Positions 55,948 through 64,000 of a stretch of 64,000 nt of DNA are shown here, piece by piece (position 1 is the stretch's first letter; each line of letters begins with the position of its first letter). The translations under genes were made by a program, and so were the position numbers. Source of the stretch: Acidobacteriota bacterium. GTDB taxonomy: Bacteria > Acidobacteriota > Terriglobia > Bryobacterales > Bryobacteraceae. The stretch covers positions 71,584 through 135,583 of the forward strand of contig JAPKZB010000080.1 of the NCBI GenBank assembly GCA_026393985.1. Reading direction: 5' to 3'. The notes below the pieces were generated by a model. The model saw nothing but the letters and a program-made list of their open reading frames with translations, made no database searches and was not told where the DNA came from.

Positions 55948-56838
55948 ATGCTCAGACGCACTTTCCTGGCCGCCATGGCCCCGGCGCCGCAGCCGGTCAT
56001 CGATACCCACATCCACCTGTTCGACCCCCGCCGCCCTCAGGGCATCCCCTGGCCCAAGTCCGAAAACAAAGCCCTCTATCAGCCCGCCCTCCCCGATCGC
56101 TACCGGAAACTCATCGCCCCCCACAACGTCGTCGGCGCCGTCATGGTCGAATGCAGCCCGTGGCTCGAAGACAACCAATGGGTGCTCGACATCATCCGCA
56201 ACGAACCCATCATGGTCGGCATGATCGGCAACATCGAGCCCGGCCAGCCCAACTTCGCCCAAAACCTCGACCGCTTCCGCAAGGACCCCCTCTTTCTCGG
56301 CCTCCGCTACGGCAACCTCTGGGACCGCGACTTCCACTCCGCCATCAGCAAGCCTACCGTGATCGCCGACATCAAGCGCATCGCCGACGCCGGCCTCACC
56401 ATGGACAGCGCCAACCCCAACCCCCAACTCATCGCCGACCTCGTCCGCGTCACCGACGCCGTCCCCAACCTCCGCCTCGTCGTCGACCACCTCCCGCAGA
56501 TCGAACCGCCCGCCGACCTCGCCAAACTCGCCCAGCGCCCGCAGGTCTTCATCAAAATCTCGGAGGTCCTCCGCCGCGTCGACGGCAAAGTCATCACCGC
56601 CCCGGCTTTCTACAAAGCCCGCCTCGATCAGCTCACCGGCCTGTTCGGCCCCGACCGCATCCTGTTCGGCAGCGACTGGCCCAACAGCGACAACTGGGCC
56701 CCCTACGCCCAGGGCTTCGAACTCGTCAAAGCCTACTTCGCCCCGAAAGGCCCCGAAGCCATGGCCAAGTACTTTGCCCGCAACTCCCGGGCCGCCTACC
56801 GCTGGAAGCCCCGCACCGCGGCCCAACGCGCCCTCTAG
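55948..56838 (+). CDS. Amidohydrolase-2 family metal-dependent hydrolase (lactonase-like) with RR N-terminus
   Basis: Begins MLRRTFLAAMAPAPQ, followed by the VIDTHIHLFDP HxH motif and C-terminal FGSDWP. Confidence 0.8.
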   Translation: MLRRTFLAAMAPAPQPVIDTHIHLFDPRRPQGIPWPKSENKALYQPALPDRYRKLIAPHNVVGAVMVECSPWLEDNQWVLDIIRNEPIMVGMIGNIEPGQPNFAQNLDRFRKDPLFLGLRYGNLWDRDFHSAISKPTVIADIKRIADAGLTMDSANPNPQLIADLVRVTDAVPNLRLVVDHLPQIEPPADLAKLAQRPQVFIKISEVLRRVDGKVITAPAFYKARLDQLTGLFGPDRILFGSDWPNSDNWAPYAQGFELVKAYFAPKGPEAMAKYFARNSRAAYRWKPRTAAQRAL

Positions 56839-56891
56839 AAACTTTCGGAACGCGCGGGGCCAAAGCGACGTCTTCCCTGCAGGAGTAGCCC

Positions 56892-58286
56892 ATGTTTCGT
56901 ACCCTCTTGCTCGCCGCTTTGGCTCCGGCTGTCTTCCTCGCGCAGGACGCCGATAACCCGGTCTTCCGCAGCGATGTCTCGCTCGTCCGCGTCGACGTCC
57001 AGGTCCTCGACCGGACCTCCCGGCCCGTAGCCTACCTGCAGAAAGAGGATTTCACTCTCCGCGAGAACGGCAAAACGCTGCCGATTGTTAACTTCGCCAG
57101 CGAGAAGATGCCGATCGATATCCTGTTTCTGCTCGACGTCAGCGGCAGCATGCGCCCGCACGTCGAACGGATCGCCCGCGCCGCGCAGTCTGCCCTCGAC
57201 AGCCTGAGCGAAGAGGATCGCCTCGCCATCATGGTCTTTGACCGGCAGACCCGCACCCGCCTGCCCTTCACCCCCATCGGCGACAACGTCTACCGCCAGT
57301 TCGACCTCGTCCTCGACCGCGAACGCTTCAACGGCGGTACCGACATCACCCGCGGCATGCTCGACGCGGCCTCCTACATGCAGCGCCACGCGCGCAAAGA
57401 CGCCCGCCGCGCTATTATCATCCTGACCGACGATCAGACCGAGTTCGGCCGCGACGACGAAGGCGTCGGCCAAGCGCTGATCGACGCCGACTCCGTCATG
57501 AGCGCCCTGCTCGCGCCCAACGCCATGCACGGCTATCCGGGCGGGGGCGGGGGCGGCGGCTATCCGCCCTCCGGACGGCGGCGGGGCGGCGGCGGCTGGG
57601 GCGGTCTGGGGACCATTGTTCTCGGCGGGGGCGGTTATCCCGGGGGCGGCTATCCCGGCGGCGGGGGCGGCGGCATCAGCCTCGGACGCCTCTCCTCGGC
57701 CGGGACCGCCGAAATCGCCCGGGCCTCGGGCGGGGACAGCATGGCCGTCGATGGCGCCTCGGCGCTCGAAACCACCGTCGCCCGGCTCCGACAGCGCTAC
57801 GCCCTCTACTTCAACCTCCCCGCCGGCGCCCGCCAGGGCCAACAGCGTCGGATCAACATCACCCTGGCCGGCGATGGCGCCCGCCGCCACCCCGACGCCG
57901 AACTGCGCTACCGCCAGAACTACCTCGCGCCCGTCTCGAACGACAGCGACCCGAACGTCACCGTCATCTCGGAGGCGAAGCCCGACGCCCCCGCCTCGAA
58001 CGCCCCGGAGCGGCCCGCGCTGCGCCGCCGCCCGGTCGGCGATGGGACGGGCGGCGGACGCGGACCGAATCCGGCTGTCGGCACCGCGGACGCGCCCCCC
58101 TCCGCCTCTGCCAGCGGAGGATGGCGCCGCGCCGATGCCGCCGACACCCCGGCGCCTGCATCCGAACCAGCGCCCGCAACCATCCCCGCACCCGCAACAG
58201 CCGCACCCGCCAAAAAGGGCGGCTGGCGCCGCGTCACGGACCAGGACGCTCCGCCGCCCCCGCCGCCCCCGGCTAAACAGCCCTGA
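56892..58286 (+). CDS. VWA domain protein of the acidobacterial VWFA-related type with Gly-rich and Pro/Ala-rich tails
   Basis: VSLVRVDVQVLDR...DFTLRENGK module, a VWA MIDAS region LLDVSGSM, and GGYPGGG repeats. Confidence 0.8.
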   Translation: MFRTLLLAALAPAVFLAQDADNPVFRSDVSLVRVDVQVLDRTSRPVAYLQKEDFTLRENGKTLPIVNFASEKMPIDILFLLDVSGSMRPHVERIARAAQSALDSLSEEDRLAIMVFDRQTRTRLPFTPIGDNVYRQFDLVLDRERFNGGTDITRGMLDAASYMQRHARKDARRAIIILTDDQTEFGRDDEGVGQALIDADSVMSALLAPNAMHGYPGGGGGGGYPPSGRRRGGGGWGGLGTIVLGGGGYPGGGYPGGGGGGISLGRLSSAGTAEIARASGGDSMAVDGASALETTVARLRQRYALYFNLPAGARQGQQRRINITLAGDGARRHPDAELRYRQNYLAPVSNDSDPNVTVISEAKPDAPASNAPERPALRRRPVGDGTGGGRGPNPAVGTADAPPSASASGGWRRADAADTPAPASEPAPATIPAPATAAPAKKGGWRRVTDQDAPPPPPPPAKQP

Positions 58287-58470
58287 TCAGGGAACGGGCG
58301 GCACGGCCAGCGAACGCACGAACCCCACCGCCTCAGCCGCAGGTGCCCCTCCCTGCCCCGCCACCAGGCACCGGATCGCCGCGACGCCGGGCAGCACCCG
58401 CACCCGAACCCACGAAGGACAGCGTTGTCGCCCACCGCAAAGGGCAGCGCGCGCCGGCGGCGGACGAGGC

Positions 58471-59841
58471 TTAGTTGCCCGCGCGCACCGGAATAAACAG
58501 AGTCTGTCCCAACGCCTCGCCGTTGACGGTCACCTTCAGCGCCGTATCCCCATCGGGAAGCCCCGCCGGAACCCGCACGTTGAACTGGTAGACCCCCACC
58601 AGCCCACCCGCCAGTCCCGAGTAGATCACCTCAGCCTTCTCGGCGCCAAACTCAAACACCACCGGAGCCGCCACCGATGCCGCCGTCTCCACCACCCGAC
58701 CCGCAATCGGCACCGTCGCCGGATTCACCGGCCCGAAGCCCACGCCGTAGAACAATAACAGTTCACCCGGCTTCGCCGGCGCCGCGGCCGTCACAAAGCT
58801 CCCATCGGTCGCCCGCACCGTCGCCACGAACTGCTTCTCGCCCACCTTGAAACTCGGCGGCGCCAGCAACCCCGGCGCCAGCGCCCGCACCGGCAGCGAA
58901 TACGCCGCGCTCTGCTCATTCCGGTTGAACACGACGATGTCGACGTTGCCGCCCACCGGCAGACTCGCCGGCAGTTGCACGTTGATCTGGTTCTTGCTCA
59001 CGAAGTTCACAAACGCCAACTGCCCCCCAGCCGTCACCCGGACGTTTTCGAGCGTCTGCGGCGCAGCGCCGGCGACAAAGTCGGCCGTGTTCCACCCGCG
59101 GCTCACCTCGCCCCCCAGGTTGTTGCCGTAGATCTCAATGTAGGAGCCCGGGGCGGCAAACGGCATCGCTCCAAAGTTTCCGGCCGAGATCACGCCATTG
59201 GGCGAAATCTCCGGCAGCGGCGTCTCATCGAGAATGGTGATCGAACGCACGAAGACCACGTTCGACTCCGTCACCGTCTGGCCCGAACGGAAGTTCAGCA
59301 GCGGAATGTCGGTCAACTCGGCCGAATTCAACCGGAAGACCGGGGTCGCCGCAATGCGGTCCATGTTGGCGAGGCCATTAGTGATGCGCCCGAACACTGT
59401 AAAGCCGCCGTTCTGATTGTCCAGGTTCGAGGCGTTATTAGCCAGGTTGAAGAACCATTGGTTGGTGGCGCTGTTCGGATTGTTCCCCAGCTTGGCCATG
59501 GCAATCGTGCCGCGCGAGTTCGACGTACGAAACTCGTTGCGGACAGGCGGATCGGCCGCCAACGCCCGGAACGTTCCACTCGAGAACGTAAATCCGCCGC
59601 CCTGAATAATGAAACCGGGCACGGAACGATGGAAGATCGAATTGTTATACGTCCCCCGGCGCACGTAGTTCAGGAAGTTCTGCACCGTCGCCGGCGCCGA
59701 ACCGGGCAACAGGAGAACATCAATCTCCCCAAGCGAGGTGTTAAACCGCACCGTCGGCCCCGTTGCCAACTGGGCCCAAAGACCGGAGGCGGCCCACAGG
59801 CCTCCCGCGATTGCCAATGCCATGCGCTGCATCATGGCCAA
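58471..59841 (-). CDS. Secreted cyclophilin-type peptidyl-prolyl isomerase fused to a Solibacter-type C-terminal domain
   Basis: FHRSVPGFIIQGGG and the WFFNL cyclophilin motif. The C-terminus reads GLVGVYQFNVRVPAGLPDGD. Confidence 0.88.
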   Translation of the reverse strand: MAMMQRMALAIAGGLWAASGLWAQLATGPTVRFNTSLGEIDVLLLPGSAPATVQNFLNYVRRGTYNNSIFHRSVPGFIIQGGGFTFSSGTFRALAADPPVRNEFRTSNSRGTIAMAKLGNNPNSATNQWFFNLANNASNLDNQNGGFTVFGRITNGLANMDRIAATPVFRLNSAELTDIPLLNFRSGQTVTESNVVFVRSITILDETPLPEISPNGVISAGNFGAMPFAAPGSYIEIYGNNLGGEVSRGWNTADFVAGAAPQTLENVRVTAGGQLAFVNFVSKNQINVQLPASLPVGGNVDIVVFNRNEQSAAYSLPVRALAPGLLAPPSFKVGEKQFVATVRATDGSFVTAAAPAKPGELLLFYGVGFGPVNPATVPIAGRVVETAASVAAPVVFEFGAEKAEVIYSGLAGGLVGVYQFNVRVPAGLPDGDTALKVTVNGEALGQTLFIPVRAGN

Positions 59842-59884
59842 TATTCTACCGTCTTACGCCCTCCCCGGACGTAAAACCTGCCGG

Positions 59885-60226
59885 CTACCCCCGCGCGCCC
59901 AGCAGAAACCGCGCCACCTGCGCCGGAGGAGTCGACCGCACCGCCAGCGCCTGATGCGCTGACCGCCCCTCCACCATCACTTCCCCGCCCCGCCGGTGCA
60001 CCCGGTAAGCCGCCGCTGCGCCCGTATGCACCTGCAGCGAATCGAGCGGCCAGTCGGAGTCGGCGATCATCCGGACTCCCCCGGGTCCACCGGTCAGAAT
60101 CGTCCAGTTCGTACCCTCACCGCTACACTGCGCGGTCTCGAGGATCGAATTGGCGTCCTGCAAAAAGGCGGTCACAAAACCCTTCTCGGCGGCCACCGCT
60201 GAAGTTTGAGCGTATAATTGCGGCAT
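59885..60226 (-). CDS. Hypothetical small protein (possibly cupin-like)
   Basis: ORF with moderately G/C-rich third codon positions. The start is ambiguous (60226 or 60238) and clashes with the divergent gene start. Confidence 0.35.
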   Translation of the reverse strand: MPQLYAQTSAVAAEKGFVTAFLQDANSILETAQCSGEGTNWTILTGGPGGVRMIADSDWPLDSLQVHTGAAAAYRVHRRGGEVMVEGRSAHQALAVRSTPPAQVARFLLGARG

Positions 60227-60878
60227 GCGGCTCAGCATTCCGGCACTCCCGCTTCCCCTCGTCCTCTGCGCGGTCGTCCTCGGCGCCGCCGAACGCAAGT
60301 TCCCCGCCGGCGTCTACGAAGATGACCGCATCCAAATCAAAGCCACCGTCTACCCCGACCGCGCCGACATCAAGCGCCTGCTCGGCAGCGACTTCGACGG
60401 CGCCATCATCGTCGTCGACCTCACCGTCACCCCCCTCGGCGAAGAGCCGCTCGATATCCAACGCGAACAGTTCCAGCTCTTCTCGACGCGCGACGCCCAA
60501 CGCTCTCCCCCCTTCCACCCCGCCCAACTCGCCGGCCGCGGCGCCCTCGTCCTCGGCCAAGCGCCCGGCGGCGGCGGCACCTACGTCGGCAACAACCCCA
60601 CCGGCCCCCGCCTCGGCGGCATTCCGCTCGGCAACGGCGGTATGGTCGGCGGCGCCGGCGCCGGCGCCGGAACCTCGCTCGAAAGCAAAGGCATGACCGA
60701 CACCAAAGAGCACCCGGTTCTCAAAGTGTTGAAAGAAAAGGTGCTGCCCGAAGGCAAAAGCCTCAAACCCGTCAGCGGCCTCCTCTACTTCGGCTTCGAC
60801 GGCAAGCAGAAAGCCAAAGACCTCGAACTCTTCTACCGCGGACCAGCCGGCAAGTTCGCGGTACGATTTAAAAACTGA
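60225..60878 (+). CDS. Hypothetical secreted protein with Gly-rich linker
   Basis: Has a signal peptide. Its stop overlaps the next start (TGATG). Confidence 0.55.
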   Translation: MRLSIPALPLPLVLCAVVLGAAERKFPAGVYEDDRIQIKATVYPDRADIKRLLGSDFDGAIIVVDLTVTPLGEEPLDIQREQFQLFSTRDAQRSPPFHPAQLAGRGALVLGQAPGGGGTYVGNNPTGPRLGGIPLGNGGMVGGAGAGAGTSLESKGMTDTKEHPVLKVLKEKVLPEGKSLKPVSGLLYFGFDGKQKAKDLELFYRGPAGKFAVRFKN

Positions 60879-61915
60879 TGCACATCTCTGAACTCGATAC
60901 CCCCGCTCTCGTGATCGACCTGGACATCATGGAGCGCAATCTCCGACGAATGTCGGAATACGCCGCCTCCCATGGCATCCGCCTCCGGCCTCACACCAAA
61001 ACCCACAAGATTCCCGCCCTCGGCCGCCTCCAACTCGACCTCGGCGCCGCCGGCCTCACCGTCGCCAAGGTCAGTGAGGCCGAGGTCATGCTCGCCTCCG
61101 GCGTCGAAGATCTCCTGATCGCCTATCCCCTCTACGGCCCCAAAAAGTGGCCCCGCGTGGCGGAGGTCGCCAAGAAGACCCGCCTGACCGTTTCCGTCGA
61201 CAGCTATGAGGTCGCCGAACCCCTGATTCCTACAGGAGTAGAATTCTTGATCGAAATGGATGCCGGTCTCGGCCGCGTGGGCGTTCGCCCGGAAGAGGTC
61301 GTCCCCCTGGCCAAGCGCATCGGCACCAACGTCCGCGGCCTCGCCTTCTACCCCGGCCATCTGAAGTCAAACGACCCCGCCGGACTTTTACAGGTGTCGA
61401 ATCTAGTCCAGCAGGTCCTGCGCGAGGCGGCGGCCGCCGGTATCGAATTCGAACTCGTCAGCGGAGGCTCCACTCCCACCATGTGGCAGTCCCATCTGGT
61501 TCAGGGCATGAACGAGATGCGCCCCGGCACCTATATCTTCAACGACCGCAATACCATCGCCAGCGGCGCCTGCGGTCCCGAGGACTGCGCGGCCAGCATT
61601 CTCTGCACCGTAGTTTCTACAAGCGTAGACGATCAAATGATCATCGATGGCGGCTCGAAGACCTTCACTAGCGACCAGACCGCCGCCGGCGGATACGGCG
61701 AAGTCCTCGGCAGCCCGGAAGCGTTTTTCTTCAAAATGAACGAGGAACACGGTTACATCAAGCGCAACGGGGCAAAGTTTAAAGTGGGAGACCGAGCCAG
61801 GGTGTTGATGAATCACGTTTGCGTGAGCGTCAACATGGAGGAGAGGATTTACGGGGTGCGGGGAGAGGAAGTGGTGGAGACTTGGGAGGTTGCGGGGCGC
61901 GGTAAGCTGCAATAG
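60878..61915 (+). CDS. D-TA/DSD1-type PLP enzyme (alanine racemase N-terminal fold; D-threonine aldolase or D-serine dehydratase-like)
   Basis: TPALVIDLD..RN and RPHTKTHK with the PLP lysine. Confidence 0.85.
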   Translation: MHISELDTPALVIDLDIMERNLRRMSEYAASHGIRLRPHTKTHKIPALGRLQLDLGAAGLTVAKVSEAEVMLASGVEDLLIAYPLYGPKKWPRVAEVAKKTRLTVSVDSYEVAEPLIPTGVEFLIEMDAGLGRVGVRPEEVVPLAKRIGTNVRGLAFYPGHLKSNDPAGLLQVSNLVQQVLREAAAAGIEFELVSGGSTPTMWQSHLVQGMNEMRPGTYIFNDRNTIASGACGPEDCAASILCTVVSTSVDDQMIIDGGSKTFTSDQTAAGGYGEVLGSPEAFFFKMNEEHGYIKRNGAKFKVGDRARVLMNHVCVSVNMEERIYGVRGEEVVETWEVAGRGKLQ

Positions 61916-61937
61916 CCGACCGCGCCCCGGGGGCAAA

Positions 61938-62234
61938 TTACATCTTCACCGAGTCGATGTGGACGGAGCCGTCCTTCAACTTACCGGTGATGGTAACCTT
62001 GTGGCCGAGGTGATCTTTCACGGAGTCGGCGTTGTGGATCGGAACCACTTTGCCGTCCTCGGTCACGAACACGGGGGCGGAACCACCCTTCACGCAGCCC
62101 TTCACGCAGCCCATCGACTTCTCGGAAGCATCAGCGTGCTTGGCGCCGCACTTGGCGTCGGAAACGGTGCCCTTCCAGGTGTCCGCGAACGCAGCCACCG
62201 AGCAAAGAGCCAAACACAGAGCAAACTTTTTCAT
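61938..62234 (-). CDS. Small secreted Cys-containing protein
   Basis: A strong SD (GGGAGGA), a signal peptide, and a mature part of ~80 aa with CG...GC..GC. Confidence 0.55.
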   Translation of the reverse strand: MKKFALCLALCSVAAFADTWKGTVSDAKCGAKHADASEKSMGCVKGCVKGGSAPVFVTEDGKVVPIHNADSVKDHLGHKVTITGKLKDGSVHIDSVKM

Positions 62235-62337
62235 AACTGGATAATCCTCCCTGGATTGTTGGGCGCCGGAACGGTTGGCCGAATCACCCAAGCTGAGTGT
62301 AATCAAAAAAACGAGTGAGAGCAACTGCGTCCCTGTT

Positions 62338-63270
62338 TCAAAGGCCGGAGTGCAGCAGCCGAATCGAAGCGTTCGACGTTTGGATGTCGACCAGCGGTCC
62401 GCCGTTGCCAATTTTGCCGTCCACCCGCGTCCTGGTCGCCACGCCGCCGCTCCCGGCCAGCGGGAACTCGTTCGTGATGGCGGCGTTCGAGGTGCCGAGC
62501 CGCACCCGGGCGTTGGTCGCCTCCGGCAATCGCACCGTCACCGCGCCGTTGCTCGTCTGCACGCGCAGATCGCTCCGGGGCGCCTGCCGCAGCTTGAGGG
62601 TGACGCTCCCGTTGGTCGTGGCGAACCGCAGCGGGCCCTCCGCCGGAGTTTCCAGCAATGTCGCCGTGATCGACCCGTTTGCAGTGGCCGCGTCGAGCCC
62701 CCCTTTGAGATCTTCGACGCTCACCCGGCCGTTCGAGGTGCGCGCCGTCACGGGCCCAGTGACGCCGCCGATGTCGATGGCCCCGTTCGAAGTACTCAGG
62801 TCTAGCGCCCCCAGATGCTGTCCCACGCGGATAGCCCCGTTGGATGTCTGCACCCGTCCCGGCCCCTCCAGGCCCTCCAACCGCACGGCGCCGTTCGAAG
62901 TCACCAGCTGCTCGATCGCGTTCCGGCGCGGCACACGGATCGTGAACCGTGCGCCGGTCTGGCCCCGTCCTTCAGCTGGCGGTAGTGTCCGGATGGCCAC
63001 CGCGTCCGGCCCGGCGGCCCGCGCCTCTACCCGCACCTCGGCCAGTTGCTCCTTCGAGGCGGCGTATTTGCTGCCCCGGACCTCGACCTGGTCCTTATCC
63101 CAGGCCCTAATCTCCACCGGCCCATTGTAGTTCTCGAGCGTCAGCCGCCCCCCGGCGCGCAGGGAGAGATCGAAAGAGAACTCCTCGAACTCTCGTGGGG
63201 CATCCGGCCAGGGTTCGAGATCACAACCGCCCAGCAGAAGGGCAAAGGGGGCCAGCAGGAGCAAGCGCAT
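62338..63270 (-). CDS. DUF4097-type beta-strand repeat lipoprotein (putative adhesin)
   Basis: Lipobox LLLGGC and reiterated TSNGAI/TSNGSV repeats. Confidence 0.75.
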   Translation of the reverse strand: MRLLLLAPFALLLGGCDLEPWPDAPREFEEFSFDLSLRAGGRLTLENYNGPVEIRAWDKDQVEVRGSKYAASKEQLAEVRVEARAAGPDAVAIRTLPPAEGRGQTGARFTIRVPRRNAIEQLVTSNGAVRLEGLEGPGRVQTSNGAIRVGQHLGALDLSTSNGAIDIGGVTGPVTARTSNGRVSVEDLKGGLDAATANGSITATLLETPAEGPLRFATTNGSVTLKLRQAPRSDLRVQTSNGAVTVRLPEATNARVRLGTSNAAITNEFPLAGSGGVATRTRVDGKIGNGGPLVDIQTSNASIRLLHSGL

Positions 63271-63366
63271 GCCGCAGAGTACGCAGCGGCAGGCAAAAAG
63301 GTTCAGAATGCTTATCGACGCAACCCTGTCCGGCCCCGCCAGCCCCTCGCGCACTCCCCCTCCCCA

Positions 63367-64000
63367 TCACCCCCGCGCCAGCCGGGCGATCCCCTCGGCC
63401 GTCCACTCCGTCCGCGGCAACACCGCAACCCGCCCGGCCGCCCCCAAAGCCTCCCGCACCGCCGCCGCCTCCATCGTTCGCCCCGCCCCGTCCACCGTCC
63501 CGGCCACTGTGATCGAACGGTCCCCCAACCGAGCCATGATCTCCGGCAGATCGGTCGCCTTGAGCCAACCCGGCACAAAATTGGCAAAAGCATGCTGGTA
63601 GCTCTCCGTGGCCGCCACACTCGCAAAGCTCACCAGACCACCCGAAAGATAAAGCCGGCCAATCTCCGCGCTCAGCGCCGCCGCGCACTGCGCCACTACC
63701 GTAAACTGCCCCTGCGCCGCCACCACCACCGGCCGGTCCCGGTGCGCCGGATGCCGCCGCAAACCGCGCACCACCGCCAACAGATCGCTCACCCGCTGGC
63801 CCAGCAAGCTGCGCCCCAGCATCAGCGAGGCCCACGCATAGGCCTCCTCTTCGTTATGCGACCGCACATAGCGCGGGTTGCCCGGCCCCAGCTCCGGCAG
63901 CAGGTCACCCACGCCCCGGAGGTCCGGCACGCACACCGCAAAGCCCTGCCGGGCCAGCGTCTGGTGCAACTCATCCTCGTGCCAGCCCGTCCGCCGCCCT
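63367..64000 (-). CDS. Alpha/beta hydrolase-like protein, 5' end outside the window
   Basis: The reading frame stays open to the window edge. The fold assignment is weak. Confidence 0.45.
   Translation of the reverse strand, partial: GRRTGWHEDELHQTLARQGFAVCVPDLRGVGDLLPELGPGNPRYVRSHNEEEAYAWASLMLGRSLLGQRVSDLLAVVRGLRRHPAHRDRPVVVAAQGQFTVVAQCAAALSAEIGRLYLSGGLVSFASVAATESYQHAFANFVPGWLKATDLPEIMARLGDRSITVAGTVDGAGRTMEAAAVREALGAAGRVAVLPRTEWTAEGIARLARG

Noticed and set aside
58287-58470. 184-nt GC-rich spacer between convergent VWFA and cyclophilin genes, inspected for a terminator or ncRNA.
   Set aside because: I could see no convincing hairpin, U-tract or motif. It is possibly just degenerate sequence.

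Overview
High-GC bacterial chromosome segment. The domain content suggests Acidobacteriota of the Solibacter/Bryobacter type: two Solibacter-type C-terminal domains, two acidobacterial VWFA-type proteins, and DUF1501/DUF1553, NHL, PQQ and DUF1080 proteins. That assignment is an inference from remembered family signatures, not a search result. The window is densely packed with about 65 CDS, mostly housekeeping and exported or periplasmic functions. Recognisable genes include leuA-leuB-leuC-leuD, hemL, pyrE, truA, nagA, nadD, a type I-beta DAHP synthase, the futalosine genes mqnA plus a radical-SAM partner, an FeS-type photolyase homolog, a cytochrome P450 and a PhoR/PhoB-like two-component pair. 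There is one tRNA-Leu(UAG). I saw no rRNA, CRISPR array, transposase, integrase, prophage or recognisable defence system. The two most interesting signals are non-coding. (1) A 27-codon leader ORF rich in Phe, Trp and Tyr sits upstream of the DAHP synthase gene with a mutually exclusive antiterminator/terminator pair, the architecture of ribosome-mediated attenuation. (2) A perfect sigma-54 -24/-12 promoter drives an ORF-free, highly structured region of about 240 nt with a C-rich apical part and a strong intrinsic terminator, so it is a candidate sigma-54-dependent sRNA or leader. Lesser observations are a LeuA without its regulatory domain, a GH3 gene destroyed by an internal out-of-frame deletion, Tat-type leaders on normally cytoplasmic enzyme families, and several candidate operator repeats. 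All functional calls come from reading the translations and motifs by eye. No database search or folding program was run.
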